Notes: generated from the sequence alone by a model not told the origin. Shown: positions 1-11,033, counted from the first letter of the stretch. The stretch: DNA of 64,000 bases from an uncultured Ectothiorhodospiraceae bacterium (GCA_964445325.1 CAYUKN010000002.1:10794-74793), one strand, 5' to 3'. Made by a program: numbers and translations.

Positions 1-1929
1 GGGACGGTCCAAATCGTCGAAATGCACGCGCAGGTCGCCAACCGTGCCCCCGAGGAACCGGCCACGGTCACCCTCGACGGTCAACGCGGGGCCCTCCAGG
101 CGGACGTGACCGCCACCGTCACGAACGGCGGGCCACTCAGGGTCGAACGCCACCTCGGCCTCGGCGACGTCGAATCCCACGCTGAAGTGGCCCTCGTTGT
201 CGCGGTAGGGGAAATCCGCGATGGGTCCGCGCCAAAGTGCCGTCCCGTTGGCGACGCGGCCACTGCGCAACCCGCGATCGAGCCATTCGACGGCTTCGGG
301 ATCCATGTCCTTGACCGGGAGATAGCGCGACAAGGCGCTGAGGTCGCCCTCGCCGAACGCCGCCACCAAATCGATCGCGGGGCGTTGCTCCGGCCCGGCG
401 CGCAAGGCGAAACGGGCGCTTGCCGCGACGTCGGCATTGGCCAGTTCGAGGCGGTCACTGGCGATTCGCACGCCCTCGTCGCCATAGGCGAAGCGCACGC
501 GCCCGTCGGCGTGCGCCACGCGCATCGGCGCGCGGAAGAGCCGGGGCATCCGAACCTGGCCCGCTTGGGTCGCCACCTCCAGCGTTGCGCCCTCGGCATC
601 GCCGCGCACGTGCGCATCCACACCGGTGACACCGGGGACGTCCTCGCTGGGCTGCCATCCCAGATCGTCGAATCGGGCCTGGAATGAAAGCGCCGATGCA
701 TCGTCGCCCGCCCAGCGCAGCGCCACGTCGCGTGCTTGGCCGTGCGGGCGATGCGTGGCGAGGCGCCGGCCGACCCAATCGGGCAAAGCGACCAACCGCG
801 ACGCTGCGGCGACGTCGGCGAGATCGAGGAAGCTGGCGCGAACGTCGAATCGCCCCGGGCCGTCGCCCGAAGCCGCATACTCGACACCCAGACGCGTCGC
901 GGGCCAGGCTCGGCCGGCGCGTTCGAGCACGACATCGTCGGCGCGGACACGCCATCCCGATGGCCGGCGCTGCCACTGCCAGCGCCCGCTGAGCCGGTCA
1001 GCCGCGAACCGGTTGTCGGTGGCGGGCGAGCGCAGCTCGAGGCCATCGACGCGCGCATCCGCCAGGGCACGCTGGGGGCGCCAACCTGCACCGCTGAGCC
1101 AGACCTCGCCGCTCAGCTTGCCGCGACACCCCGCCATGGCCTCGATCCGCGTGAGCGCGTGCCAGGGCGCCACCTCCAGCCCCTCGCTGGCGGCATAGGC
1201 CCGCCAGCGCCAGGGGCCATCACGGCCCTCCGGCTGCTCGACGAGCGCCGTGACGCGGAGCCGCCCCGGATCATCGCCCAAGCCCGCTGAACGCAGGGCA
1301 AAGCGGTGTTGGGTTGCCGAATTGACCAGCCGCAGCTCGGTGTCCCCGAGCTCGCGCCCACCCTCGGGGGTGTCCAGCTGGATACGGATATCATGGAGGC
1401 TGATCTCATCGACCGACAGCAGCCAGTCCAGTCCGTCCGGCAGCGCCGCGCGCCCGGGCGCGACCTCGCCGGCGGAAGCGCCCGACCCGCCATCGAGATC
1501 GGCGATGGGACCGAGCGTGAACGCGCGCCAATGGATGCGCCCGCTGTTGTCGACGCGGGCGCGCACATCGAGACCGGCCAACTCGATGCCCTCGATGCGC
1601 AGCGGCACGCGAAAACCACCGTCCCAACCGAGGGCCAGGTCGATCACCGCGCGCCCGAAGTGCAATGCCGCCCGCGGTCCCTCGCCAACGCGCACATCAG
1701 TGAGCTCGAGCTGCGGCCCCAAGCGCCGCCATTCCACCGCGAGCCCACCGATCGCCACGGGGGCCTCGACGTATTCGGATACCCCGCGCTCGAGCTCGCC
1801 GCGATAGCTCGACAGCCAGGGCAGCGCGAGCCGCACTAGCGTCAACAGCACAGCGGCGGCGATCACGGCCAGCGCCAAACAGTGCCAACACCAAGCCAGC
1901 AGGCGTCGCAGTTGTGCGCCACTCACCAT
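1..1929 (-). CDS. yhdP: YhdP/TIGR02099 AsmA-like phospholipid transport protein (5' part; runs off the left edge)
   Basis: Not in the ORF track because there is no stop in the window. ATG at 1929 with AGGAG RBS reads MVSGAQLRRLLAWCWHCLALAVIAAAVLLTLVRLALPWLSSYRGELE...WRRLGPQLELTDV, a typical YhdP N-terminal TM plus DUF3971 start; canonical position after rng. Confidence 0.85.
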   Translation of the reverse strand, partial: MVSGAQLRRLLAWCWHCLALAVIAAAVLLTLVRLALPWLSSYRGELERGVSEYVEAPVAIGGLAVEWRRLGPQLELTDVRVGEGPRAALHFGRAVIDLALGWDGGFRVPLRIEGIELAGLDVRARVDNSGRIHWRAFTLGPIADLDGGSGASAGEVAPGRAALPDGLDWLLSVDEISLHDIRIQLDTPEGGRELGDTELRLVNSATQHRFALRSAGLGDDPGRLRVTALVEQPEGRDGPWRWRAYAASEGLEVAPWHALTRIEAMAGCRGKLSGEVWLSGAGWRPQRALADARVDGLELRSPATDNRFAADRLSGRWQWQRRPSGWRVRADDVVLERAGRAWPATRLGVEYAASGDGPGRFDVRASFLDLADVAAASRLVALPDWVGRRLATHRPHGQARDVALRWAGDDASALSFQARFDDLGWQPSEDVPGVTGVDAHVRGDAEGATLEVATQAGQVRMPRLFRAPMRVAHADGRVRFAYGDEGVRIASDRLELANADVAASARFALRAGPEQRPAIDLVAAFGEGDLSALSRYLPVKDMDPEAVEWLDRGLRSGRVANGTALWRGPIADFPYRDNEGHFSVGFDVAEAEVAFDPEWPAVRDGGGHVRLEGPALTVEGDRGRFLGGTVGDLRVHFDDLDRP

Positions 1930-2061
1930 CGGGTGCTCCTAGGGCGTCCTCGGGCCAGCGAGCGCGCGCGCGGCCGGGCGATCCGTCCGGACCCCCGGCG
2001 ATCGATCAGGATGCCGCGGGTGGCACGCAAGCGATCGGTCCATGGTTTCCCGGACGCGCTC

Positions 2062-3576
2062 CTAGACCAGTACGACGTCGAACTGCTCGCGTGCGTACAA
2101 CGCCTCGGCCTGCAGTCGGGTGGGGATACCGATGGTGGCCTCGAGCTCGGCCAGGCTGGTCGACTCCTCATCGAGCAATACGTCAACGACCTCCTGCGAT
2201 GCCAGCACCATCAGTTTCTGCGCGTCGAATTGGCGCGCCTCGCGCAGGATCTCGCGAAAGATCTCGTAGCAAACGGTCTCGGGCGATTTGATCGAGCCCC
2301 GCCCACCGCAGGTGGGACAGGCATTGCACAGGACGTGTTCGAGGCTTTCGCGGGTCCGCTTGCGCGTCATCTCGACCAGCCCGAGCGCGGAGACATCGCA
2401 GACCTGCGTTCGCGCATGGTCCTCTGCGAGCGCTTTCTCCAGCGCCACCAAGACCTTGCGCTGGTGCTCGGGATAGCTCATATCGATGAAATCGATGATG
2501 ATGATCCCCCCCAGATTGCGCAGGCGCAGCTGGCGCGCGATGGCCTGAGCCGCCTCCAGATTGGTCTTGAAGATGGTCTCGTCGAGGTTGCGGTGACCGA
2601 CGAAGGCCCCCGTGTTGACGTCGATCGTGGTCATCGCCTCGGTCTGATCGATGACGAGGTGCCCCCCCGACTTGAGCTGGACCTTGCGCTCGAGGGCGCG
2701 CTGGATCTCGTCCTCGACACCATAGATCTCGAATATGGGGCGAGGGCCCTGGTAGTGCTCGATGCGACCGGTGAGCTCGGGCAGGACGTCACCGGCGAAG
2801 CGTTGCATGCGCTCATAGACATCGGCCGAATCGACCCGGACGCGATCAACGCCGCCGTCAACGACGTCGCGCAGCGTGCGCAGCGCCAGGGGCAAGTCCT
2901 CGTGGACCACCGTGCCAGTGGGGGCATCGCCGGAGCGCTCGGTCACGGCTCGCCAGAGCTTCGTCAGCAACGCCATATCGGCGGCGAGCGCTTCCTCGGA
3001 GGCGCCCTCGGCCGCGGTGCGCAGGATCCATCCCCACGACCGCTCGGGGTCGGCATGGCGCTCGACCGTCTCGCGCAGGCGCTGGCGCTCGGCCTCGTCC
3101 TCGATCTTGGTCGACACCCCCACGTTCGGGTCATTGGGCATGAGCACGATGAAGCGCGAGGGGATCGTCAAATGGGTGGTCAAACGGGCGCCCTTGGTAC
3201 CCAACGGCTCCTTGATGATCTGGACGAGCAGCTCCTGGCCCTCGTGCAGCAACTGCGCAATCGGCGGGTGCCCGTTGGCCGACGGCGCGGCCTCGGGTGG
3301 CGGTTCGCCGGCGCCCTCGGCCACACCAACCGGTACCGCCGCCTTGTGCGTGCCCGCGATGTCCGAGACGTGCAGGAATGCGGTCCGGTCCAGCCCGAGG
3401 TCGACGAAGGCGGCATCCATGCCGGGCAGCACGCGTACCACCCGACCCTTGTAGATGTTGCCGACCAGTCCGCGCCGGCGCGAGCGCTCGATATTGACCT
3501 CGGCGAGGACCCCGTTCTCGACCATCGCCACGCGGGTCTCCTGCGGCGTGACGTTGATCAACAGCTCCTCGCTCAT
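2062..3576 (-). CDS. rng: Ribonuclease G (Rne/Rng family)
   Basis: MSEELLINVTPQETRVA, GNIYKGRVVRVLPGMDAAFVD (S1), IDVNTG, NLGGIIIIDFIDM, CPTCGG zinc link; start moved to ATG 3576. Confidence 0.95.
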   Translation of the reverse strand: MSEELLINVTPQETRVAMVENGVLAEVNIERSRRRGLVGNIYKGRVVRVLPGMDAAFVDLGLDRTAFLHVSDIAGTHKAAVPVGVAEGAGEPPPEAAPSANGHPPIAQLLHEGQELLVQIIKEPLGTKGARLTTHLTIPSRFIVLMPNDPNVGVSTKIEDEAERQRLRETVERHADPERSWGWILRTAAEGASEEALAADMALLTKLWRAVTERSGDAPTGTVVHEDLPLALRTLRDVVDGGVDRVRVDSADVYERMQRFAGDVLPELTGRIEHYQGPRPIFEIYGVEDEIQRALERKVQLKSGGHLVIDQTEAMTTIDVNTGAFVGHRNLDETIFKTNLEAAQAIARQLRLRNLGGIIIIDFIDMSYPEHQRKVLVALEKALAEDHARTQVCDVSALGLVEMTRKRTRESLEHVLCNACPTCGGRGSIKSPETVCYEIFREILREARQFDAQKLMVLASQEVVDVLLDEESTSLAELEATIGIPTRLQAEALYAREQFDVVLV

Positions 3577-3685
3577 GGGCAAACTCGCAGGTGTGCGCAC
3601 GCGGTCGTCGCCGCTCGATTATTCCTGCCCGTCGAGCACACGCTCAAGGGTCGACCGTAGCGGTCGCTGCCTCGGCGCGTACGCG

Positions 3686-4291
3686 TTACGCCGGCCGCCA
3701 GTCGGACGTGCGCTGGAACAGCGGATCGATATCGAAGCCGCGCAGCAGATGGATGGTCTCGAACAGGGGCAATCCGACGACGTTGGAGTAGCTACCCATG
3801 AGCGCCTCGACGAAGACCGCGCCCAGACCCTGGATCGCGTAAGCACCCGCCTTGCCCGCAGGCTCGCCGCTCGACCAGTAGGCGCGGCGCTCATCGGCTG
3901 TCGTCGGGCGCAACGTCACCTCGGAGCGGACCACGCGCGTGTCGCTTTGCGCGCCGACAACGACGGCGACACCGGTGCACACCGTGTGGCTGCGCCCGGA
4001 CAAGTGCGCCAACGTCGCCACGGCATCGGCCTCGCCGGCTGGCTTGCCCAGGATGTCGCCATCGGCGCTGACCGCGGTATCCGCGCCCAGCGCCACGTCA
4101 CCGGGGCTCGCTTGCTCGGCCCCAGCCGCGGCCTTGGTCAGCGCGAGGCGCTCGACATAGTGGCCCGGGGCCTCGCCGGGCATGCGTGTCTCGTCGATGT
4201 CGACCGGGCGCAACTCGAAGGCCAGCCCCACTTGTGCCAACAACTCGCGCCGGCGGGGTGATTGGGAGGCGAGGATCAGCGTCGGTGTCAA
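3686..4291 (-). CDS. maf: Maf family nucleoside triphosphate pyrophosphatase (YhdE-like)
   Basis: [30 protein letters not shown]; TTG start overlaps the rlmH stop (TTGA). Confidence 0.92.
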   Translation of the reverse strand: MTPTLILASQSPRRRELLAQVGLAFELRPVDIDETRMPGEAPGHYVERLALTKAAAGAEQASPGDVALGADTAVSADGDILGKPAGEADAVATLAHLSGRSHTVCTGVAVVVGAQSDTRVVRSEVTLRPTTADERRAYWSSGEPAGKAGAYAIQGLGAVFVEALMGSYSNVVGLPLFETIHLLRGFDIDPLFQRTSDWRPA

Positions 4292-4737
4292 CGGTGATAC
4301 GGATGATTGTGCAGGATCGACAGCGTCCGGTAGAGCTGCTCGGCAACGACGACGCGCACCAGCCCGTGCGGCAGCGTCAACGGCGACAACGACCAGCGCT
4401 CGTCGGCGGCCTCGATCACCTCGGTGGAAAGGCCATCGGCGCCGCCCACCAGGAATGCTACCACGGCGCCGGTGCGGCTCCACTCGGTCGCACGCTCGGC
4501 CCAATCAGCCGTCGCCAGCGCTTTGCCCGCGCCGTCGAGCGCGATACGGCGTGCACCCTTCGGCGTACTGCCGAGCAGGCGCCGACCCTCGTCCGCAACC
4601 GAGCCCGCGTTCCTGGCGCCAGCGACGGCATGGAGATCGAGGCGGCTCCCCCCCGGCATGCGCCGGGCGTAATCTTGGAAGCCGGCATCGACCCAGGCGG
4701 GCATCTTGCGGCCGACGGCGCACAGGTGGAAGCGCAT
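4288..4737 (-). CDS. rlmH: 23S rRNA m3-psi1915 methyltransferase
   Basis: [48 protein letters not shown]-terminus. Confidence 0.95.
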   Translation of the reverse strand: MRFHLCAVGRKMPAWVDAGFQDYARRMPGGSRLDLHAVAGARNAGSVADEGRRLLGSTPKGARRIALDGAGKALATADWAERATEWSRTGAVVAFLVGGADGLSTEVIEAADERWSLSPLTLPHGLVRVVVAEQLYRTLSILHNHPYHR

Positions 4738-4786
4738 GCCTCAGCCGCTCAGCGCGCCGGAGAGCATCGGGTATGGCATACAGTCG

Positions 4787-5140
4787 TCACGCGCTGGAGC
4801 CCGCGGCCGAGCCACCGGGCTCCACCGTCCAGAGCTTCTCCAGATTGTAGAAAGCGCGCTTGTCGCGGCTCATCACGTGGACGATCAGATCACCGAGGTC
4901 GATGAGAAGCCAGTCACCGCCCTGCTCACCCTCGACCCCCAACGGCTGCACGCCCTCGCCCTTGGCGCGCTCGACCACGCGATCCGCCATTGAGCGCACA
5001 TGGCGTTGTGAGGTCCCGCTCGCGATCACGATGAGATCGGTGATCGAGGTCATCTCCCGGACGTCGAGGCGGCGCACATCGACGCCGCGCAACTCGTCCA
5101 GGGCCGCTTCGGCCAACTCAGCCAGCGCTTCGGTCTGCAT
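4787..5140 (-). CDS. rsfS: Ribosome silencing factor
   Basis: LDVREMTSITDLIVIASGTSQRHV, WLLIDLGDLIVHVM, FYNLEKLW; start ATG 5140. Confidence 0.93.
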   Translation of the reverse strand: MQTEALAELAEAALDELRGVDVRRLDVREMTSITDLIVIASGTSQRHVRSMADRVVERAKGEGVQPLGVEGEQGGDWLLIDLGDLIVHVMSRDKRAFYNLEKLWTVEPGGSAAGSSA

Positions 5141-5786
5141 CGGGGCTCGTCTCGCTCCGTTGGTAGAGGTCATGGTCGGCGATGTAGCGCCGTACGGCTT
5201 CGGGTACCCAATAGCGCAGGTCGCGCCCGGCGGCCGCTGCGCGGCGCACCGCGGTCGCGCTGATGTCGAGCTGCGTAACCGGCTGCACCAGTACATGTCC
5301 CGCCGCGACAACCGACAGGTCGGCGGGGTCGTGGGTGACGCGCGCCTCGAGCTCGCCCGGAACGGTCATCGGGCTACCCGGTCGGTGGGTCACGACGACG
5401 TGGGCCAGGGCGATGATCTCGGGCCAGCGGTGCCATCGATCGAAGGCGGCGAAGGCATCGGCACCCACGATCCAGTGCAGGCGCGCATCGGGCCAGTCCG
5501 CGCGCAGCTCGGCCAGGGTATCGGCGGTATACGACGGACCGGCGCGCTCGAGCTCGCGGCCATCAGCGACCAGATCGGTCGCGCCGGTCTCGGCGAGCGC
5601 GGCCTGCACCATGGCGAGGCGGTGGCCGGGGGCGGTCTCGGGGGCGCCACGCAGCGGCGACAGACGCGCGGGCGTCACCCGGACGTGGTCGAGGCCCAGT
5701 GCCTGGCGCACCTCGACGGCGGGGCGCAGGTGACCGAAGTGGATCGGGTCGAAGGTCCCGCCGAGGATACCGATGGCTTGGCTCAA
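5118..5786 (-). CDS. nadD: Nicotinate-nucleotide adenylyltransferase
   Basis: GILGGTFDPIHFGH, SYTADTL, WIVGADAF, DISATAVR. Confidence 0.95.
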   Translation of the reverse strand: MSQAIGILGGTFDPIHFGHLRPAVEVRQALGLDHVRVTPARLSPLRGAPETAPGHRLAMVQAALAETGATDLVADGRELERAGPSYTADTLAELRADWPDARLHWIVGADAFAAFDRWHRWPEIIALAHVVVTHRPGSPMTVPGELEARVTHDPADLSVVAAGHVLVQPVTQLDISATAVRRAAAAGRDLRYWVPEAVRRYIADHDLYQRSETSPDADRSAG

Positions 5787-5796
5787 GCCGCTGCGC

Positions 5797-7077
5797 TCAC
5801 TGTCGGATCTGGCCCTCGCCCAGGACGACGAACTTGCGCGTGGTCAGGCCCTCGAGACCCACGGGACCGCGCGCGTGGAGACGATCGGTGCTGATGCCGA
5901 TCTCCGCGCCCAGGCCGTACTCGTGGCCATCGGCGAAGCGCGTCGAGGCATTGACCATCACCGAAGCGGAGTCGACCTCGCGCAAAAAGCGCTGCGCCCG
6001 ACTCCAGTGCTCGGTGACGATGGCGTCGGTGTGCTGCGACCCAAAGCCCTCGATGTGCTCGATCGCCGCGTCGAGGCCATCGACGACACGCACGGCGAGC
6101 TCCGGACCGAGGTACTCGCTCGACCAGTCGTCGTCGGTGGCCTCGCCCATGGCAACGATCCGGCGGCTCTCCGGGCAGCCGCGTAGCTCGACGCCGTGCT
6201 CGGCCAGCGCGGCCGCGATCGGCGGCAGGCGCTCAGCGGCGACCACCCGGTCGACGAGCAGCGTCTCCATGGCATTGCACACGCCATAGCGCTGGGTCTT
6301 GGCGTTGACGGCAATGGCGCTCGCCTTTTCCGGATCGGCATCGGCGTCGATGTAGACGTGGCAGACCCCGTCGAGGTGCTTGATCACGGGGATGCGCGAC
6401 TCGCGCGCGACGCGCTCGATCAAGGACTTGCCCCCGCGCGGGATGACGACATCGATGCTGTCGTCGGCGCCGAGCAGCGCGCCCACGGCGGCGCGGTCGG
6501 TGGTCGCCACCACCTGGACGGCATCGCCGGGCAGGCCGGCGGCCTCGAGGCCCTCGGCGACGCAGGCACCGATGGCGCGATTGGATCGATGGGCCTCGCT
6601 GCCACCGCGCAAGATGCTGGCATTACCCGACTTGATACACAGCGCGGCGGCATCGGCGGTGACGTTGGGCCGCGACTCGAAGATGATGCCGATGACCCCC
6701 AGTGGCACGCGCATCTGGCCCACGCGGATCCCCGACGGCCGCGGCGCCAGCGAGTCGATCGCGCCCACGGGATCGGCCAGGGCGGCGACCTCGCGCAGCC
6801 CGTCGATCATGGCGTCGATGCGGGCGTCGGTCAGCGCCAAGCGATCGAGCACCGATGCCGCCAGGCCGGCCGCGCGGCCGTCGGCCAGGTCAACCTCATT
6901 GACCTGCTGCAGATGGGCGCGATGGCGATCCAGGGCCGCCGCCGTGTGCTCGAGCGCGGCATTGCGGGCCGCGCTGCCGCTGCGCGCCATTTCGCGCGAT
7001 GCGGCGCGGGCGGCGGCGCAAACCCCTTCGATGTAGTCGTCAATCGAGCCGGTGACGACGTCCTCGGCGGCGGGCAT
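5797..7077 (-). CDS. proA: Glutamate-5-semialdehyde dehydrogenase
   Basis: [57 protein letters not shown]; start ATG 7077. Confidence 0.95.
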   Translation of the reverse strand: MPAAEDVVTGSIDDYIEGVCAAARAASREMARSGSAARNAALEHTAAALDRHRAHLQQVNEVDLADGRAAGLAASVLDRLALTDARIDAMIDGLREVAALADPVGAIDSLAPRPSGIRVGQMRVPLGVIGIIFESRPNVTADAAALCIKSGNASILRGGSEAHRSNRAIGACVAEGLEAAGLPGDAVQVVATTDRAAVGALLGADDSIDVVIPRGGKSLIERVARESRIPVIKHLDGVCHVYIDADADPEKASAIAVNAKTQRYGVCNAMETLLVDRVVAAERLPPIAAALAEHGVELRGCPESRRIVAMGEATDDDWSSEYLGPELAVRVVDGLDAAIEHIEGFGSQHTDAIVTEHWSRAQRFLREVDSASVMVNASTRFADGHEYGLGAEIGISTDRLHARGPVGLEGLTTRKFVVLGEGQIRQ

Positions 7078-7088
7078 AAATCCCCTCG

Positions 7089-8138
7089 TCAGCGTTCCAC
7101 CTCGACGCTGCGGCGCGGGATCAGCCCGGGCGCGCTCGCCCCCGCCGCAGTCAGCGCCAATTCTACCAGCTCGTCCCAGAAACTGCCCCTGCCGGCGCCC
7201 TTCGCGAGGCGCTCCAGGCGCGCACAACCCGCCAGCAAGCACTGCCACTCCGTTGGGCTGAAGCGATCGGCGGCGCCCCGCACGCGCGCCTGACGCCGCT
7301 GCCAGACACCGACTGACTGCATGGCGGTGGCCAGGCGCTCGCCGTCGGCACGCCGGCTCGAGATCGCCGCCATTTGGGCGAGCTCGCGCTGCAGGGCCCA
7401 CACGGCGACCGGCGCCTGGGTGCCCTCGCCGCGCAAGCCGCCGATGATGCGCGCGACGCGCTCGGGGCGCCCATCGAGCACGGCGTCGCCCAGGTCAAAG
7501 ATGGACCAGCGCGCCGAGTCGGCCACGGCAGCGGCCACGCGCTCGGCATCCACCCGGGCGCCACCGCCGACGAGCGCGAGCTTGTCGATCTCTTGGGCCG
7601 CAGCGAGGAGGTTGCCCTCGACCCGGGCAGCCAGCAGGTCGACGGCGTCGTCGGTGGGCTCGAGGCCGCGGCTGCGCATTCGATCTCGCAGCCACTGAGG
7701 CAATCGGCTCGCCTCGATGGGCCAGACCGGAATCACCACGCCGGCATCGTCGAGTGCCTTGAACCAGCCGCCCTTGCGCTGCTGTGCATCGATCTTGGGC
7801 ATGGTCACCAGGAGCAAGGTATCGGCCGGCGGCCGCTGCGCCCAGGCCTTGAGCGCCGCACCGCCGTCCTTGCCCGGCTTGCCGGTGGGCAGACGCAGAT
7901 CGATCAAGCGCTGCTCGGCGAAAAGCGACAGGCTCTCGGCGGCCTCGGTCAGCCGGCTCCAGTCGAAATCCGAGCCCGCCTCGAGCACCTCGCGCTCGCC
8001 GAAGTCGCGCTCGCGCGCCGTAGCGCGCACCCGATCGGCCGCCTCGGCATGCTGGAGCGGCTCATCGCCGGTGACCACGTAGATGGGCGCGAGTGCACCC
8101 TGGAGATGGCGCGCGAGTTGATCGGGACGCAGCTGCAT
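7089..8138 (-). CDS. holA: DNA polymerase III delta subunit
   Basis: [40 protein letters not shown]; start ATG 8138. Confidence 0.92.
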   Translation of the reverse strand: MQLRPDQLARHLQGALAPIYVVTGDEPLQHAEAADRVRATARERDFGEREVLEAGSDFDWSRLTEAAESLSLFAEQRLIDLRLPTGKPGKDGGAALKAWAQRPPADTLLLVTMPKIDAQQRKGGWFKALDDAGVVIPVWPIEASRLPQWLRDRMRSRGLEPTDDAVDLLAARVEGNLLAAAQEIDKLALVGGGARVDAERVAAAVADSARWSIFDLGDAVLDGRPERVARIIGGLRGEGTQAPVAVWALQRELAQMAAISSRRADGERLATAMQSVGVWQRRQARVRGAADRFSPTEWQCLLAGCARLERLAKGAGRGSFWDELVELALTAAGASAPGLIPRRSVEVER

Positions 8139-8251
8139 GGCTTGATCCTGGCCGGAGGCTGCCAGTATAGCGTGGGCCGCCCGCGCCGACGATTGTGCGC
8201 AGACCGCGCCCGTGGTACGAAAACACCCACCGGAGCGAGGTGACTCCCTCA

Positions 8252-8962
8252 ATGAAGCTGGATCGCATCCAGTATCTGACGTTCGACGTGGTCGGCACAC
8301 TCATCGACTTCGAGACCGGCATCCTTGAATGGTGCCAGCCCTGGCTGCGCCAACACGGGCGGCGGATCGATAACGAGCGCATCCTCTCCGATTTCGCCGA
8401 GGCCGAGCTGGGCCTGCAGCACGAGTACCCGAGCATGCCGTTCACCTCGATGCTCGGCTACATTCTCGATCGTTTGGCGACCCAATGGGAGGTCGACGCG
8501 GACGAGTCGGCCCTGCTCGACTTCCGCGACTCGATCCGCGACTGGCCCGCGTTCGCCGATGCGGTGTCGGGGCTGCGCACATTGCGCAACCACTACCGGA
8601 TCGTGGCGGTGACCAACGCCGATAGCTGGGCCCTGGCGCGCATGAGCGAGACCCTGGGTCATCCCTTTTGGGACCAGGTGACTTGCGACGAGGTGGGGGT
8701 GAACAAGCCCGATCAGGCGGTCTGGGGCTATAGCCTCGACAAGCTCGCCACCAGCGCCGAGCACGTGCTGCACTGTGCCCAGAGCGGCTACCACGACCTC
8801 GCCAGTGCCCACGACTTCGGCTTCTCCACCGCCCGCATCGAGCGCCGCCACGGCCAACCCGGCAGCGGGGCGACACCATATAGCGCGGTCGAAGCCGAAT
8901 CCGACCTGCACGTGCGCGATCTCAACGGCCTGATCGAGGCCCTTCGCCCGTCGTGGTCATGA
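8252..8962 (+). CDS. HAD-superfamily hydrolase (haloacid dehalogenase type II-like)
   Basis: FDVVGTLID motif I, WPAFAD, VTNAD, VNKPD, HCAQSGYHD; start ATG 8252. Confidence 0.85.
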   Translation: MKLDRIQYLTFDVVGTLIDFETGILEWCQPWLRQHGRRIDNERILSDFAEAELGLQHEYPSMPFTSMLGYILDRLATQWEVDADESALLDFRDSIRDWPAFADAVSGLRTLRNHYRIVAVTNADSWALARMSETLGHPFWDQVTCDEVGVNKPDQAVWGYSLDKLATSAEHVLHCAQSGYHDLASAHDFGFSTARIERRHGQPGSGATPYSAVEAESDLHVRDLNGLIEALRPSWS

Positions 8963-8984
8963 CGCGCATGGTCGCGATCCCGCC

Positions 8985-10016
8985 TTGCTGAGCGGCCTCT
9001 CCCAGCGCGCGCTTTGGACGCTGCCGCCCGAGTGGGCTCACGGGCTCGCGTTGCACGGCCTCGATGCGGCGGCCCGGCTGGCGTCAGTTCGCGATGCGGG
9101 GATCGCACCCGACCCACGCCATGTCTTCGGGCTACGATTCCCCAACCCCGTGGGTCTAGCGGCCGGCCTGGACAAAAACGCCGACCACATCGACGGGCTG
9201 GGCGCGCTCGGCTTCGGCTCGATCGAGATCGGCACCGTGACGCCGCGGCCGCAGCCGGGCAATCCGCGCCCACGCCTATTCCGCATCCCCCAGCGCCGAG
9301 CCCTGATCAACCGCATGGGCTTCAACAACAAGGGCGTCGCCCACGCCGCCCAGCGGCTCGAGCAACGTCGCTTCACCGGGATCGTGGGGGCCAACATCGG
9401 CAAGAACCGCGACACACCCATCGACGACGCCCTGACCGACTATCGCGTCTGTCTCGAGGCGCTGCACGGCGTGGCCGACTACGTCACAGTCAACGTATCG
9501 TCACCCAACACCCCTGGCCTGCGGGGACTGCAGTCGGGCGAGGCGTTCGAGCGGCTACTCGACGGCCTGGCCCAAGTACGCGCCCGGCTGCAAGCGGGCA
9601 CCACACGCCACGTCCCCATGCTGCTCAAGATCGCACCGGACAACGACGGCGACGATCTCGCGCGCATCGCCGAGGGCGTCGTCGCCAACGGCTTCGACGG
9701 TATCGTCGCAACCAACACGACCGACGATCACACGCGCGTGGCCGACTGCCGCCACGGCAACGAGCAAGGCGGTCTATCCGGGGCGCCCCTGGCCGAGCGC
9801 TCGACCACGGTGCTGCGCCAGCTCGCGCGGGCCTTGGACGGCCGAGCCCCCCTCGTCGGTGTCGGCGGGATCCTGAGCGGCGCCGACGCGCACGCCAAGA
9901 GCGAGGCGGGTGCAGCACTGGTCCAGGTCTATACCGGGTTGATCTACCGCGGGCCCACGCTGGTGGGCGAGATGGCGCAGGCGCTGCGCGCCTCCGGCCG
10001 AGCGCCGGTGGGCTAG
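8985..10016 (+). CDS. pyrD: Quinone-dependent dihydroorotate dehydrogenase
   Basis: NPVGLAAGLDKN, GTVTPRPQPGNP, NRMGFNN, VNVSSPNTPGLR, GGLSG. Confidence 0.95.
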   Translation: MLSGLSQRALWTLPPEWAHGLALHGLDAAARLASVRDAGIAPDPRHVFGLRFPNPVGLAAGLDKNADHIDGLGALGFGSIEIGTVTPRPQPGNPRPRLFRIPQRRALINRMGFNNKGVAHAAQRLEQRRFTGIVGANIGKNRDTPIDDALTDYRVCLEALHGVADYVTVNVSSPNTPGLRGLQSGEAFERLLDGLAQVRARLQAGTTRHVPMLLKIAPDNDGDDLARIAEGVVANGFDGIVATNTTDDHTRVADCRHGNEQGGLSGAPLAERSTTVLRQLARALDGRAPLVGVGGILSGADAHAKSEAGAALVQVYTGLIYRGPTLVGEMAQALRASGRAPVG

Positions 10017-10035
10017 GTCCTGTCAACAGGCCCTA
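10014..10035. repeat. 22-bp near-perfect palindrome TAGGTCCTGTCAACAGGCCCTA fused to two convergent TAG stops
   Basis: Directly visible; a related half site TAGGGCCTGTTAA overlaps the oxyR stop at 43422-43434. Confidence 0.6.
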
Positions 10036-10965
10036 TTGCGCCGGCTGGCCCAGCAGCGCGCGTACGTGGGCGGCCGCGCTGCTGCCCAGGGCGTCCAGAT
10101 CATAACCCCCCTCGAGCAACGCCACGATGCGGCCCCCGGCGAAGCGATCGGCGACCTCACCGAGGCGCTCGGTCACCCAGTGGAAATCGTCCTCGGTCAG
10201 GCGCAGGCCACCGACGGGATCGGCCCCATGGGCGTCGAAGCCGGCCGAGACCAGCACGAGCTCCGGCTGGAACGCCTCCAGCGCCGGTAGCCACTGACGC
10301 GCCACCGCGTCACGAAAACCGTCGCCGCCCGTGCCCGGCTCCAACGGGCAATTCACCCGCTGACCCGGCACGTCGCGGCCGAAGAAGCCGGGGAACAACG
10401 GATGCTGAAAGGTCGAGCAGAACAACACCCTGGAATCGCCCTCGACGATGTCCTCGGTACCGTTGCCGTGGTGGACGTCGAAGTCGCAGATCGCGACCCG
10501 CTCGATGGGCTGGCTGTGCAGGGCGTATAGCGCGGTCGCCGCGACGTTGTTGAAGAAGCAAAATCCCATCGCCCGCCGGCGCTCGGCGTGATGGCCCGGG
10601 GGGCGGACGCTGCAGAACGCGCTGTCGAGGCGGCCCGCGCACACGGCGTCGACCGCCTCGGGTCCGGCACCGGCCGCTCGCAAAGCGGCCGGAAGCGTCT
10701 GCGGCATCATCAAGGTATCGCCATCGAGGGCCAGCGTGGCGCTCGACGGTGCCCGGGCGAACAGATCGTCGACGTAATCGCTGGGATGCGCGCGCACCAA
10801 GGCCTCGCGCTCCGCGCGCGGGGCCGATCGGTGGTCGAGCCACTCGTCGAGTCCATCCGCCACGAGCGCGTCCGCGACCGCACTCAGCCGCGCCGGGCGC
10901 TCGGGGTGGCCGGCGCCCATGTCGTGGTGGCGGCAGTCGTCATGTTGGAACAAGCCGACGCTCAT
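10033..10965 (-). CDS. Histone deacetylase family (AcuC/AphA-like) amidohydrolase
   Basis: HPERPARL, RPPGHHA, GFCFFNN, DFDVHHGNGT, SAGFDAH, LEGGY. Confidence 0.92.
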   Translation of the reverse strand: MSVGLFQHDDCRHHDMGAGHPERPARLSAVADALVADGLDEWLDHRSAPRAEREALVRAHPSDYVDDLFARAPSSATLALDGDTLMMPQTLPAALRAAGAGPEAVDAVCAGRLDSAFCSVRPPGHHAERRRAMGFCFFNNVAATALYALHSQPIERVAICDFDVHHGNGTEDIVEGDSRVLFCSTFQHPLFPGFFGRDVPGQRVNCPLEPGTGGDGFRDAVARQWLPALEAFQPELVLVSAGFDAHGADPVGGLRLTEDDFHWVTERLGEVADRFAGGRIVALLEGGYDLDALGSSAAAHVRALLGQPAQ

Positions 10966-11033
10966 CCGGCATCACCCTCGTCTCGCCCGTTGACCCGCCG
11001 GTCGCCCACCTCGATGCAATCCCGGGGTTACGG

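Noticed and set aside
22-1839. Several plus-strand ORFs of 100-220 aa and minus ORF 81..1091
   Set aside because: Shadows or alternate frames of yhdP, which occupies the minus strand from 1929 to the window edge.
1882-3660. 592-aa plus-strand ORF
   Set aside because: Antisense shadow of rng, typical of high-GC DNA; no motifs.
7089-8300. holA lacks its usual upstream lptE-leuS
   Set aside because: A real observation but most simply a local rearrangement; no functional signal visible.
10033-10965. Histone deacetylase as a eukaryote-like effector
   Set aside because: The family is widespread in bacteria (AcuC/AphA-like) and this copy has no export signal.
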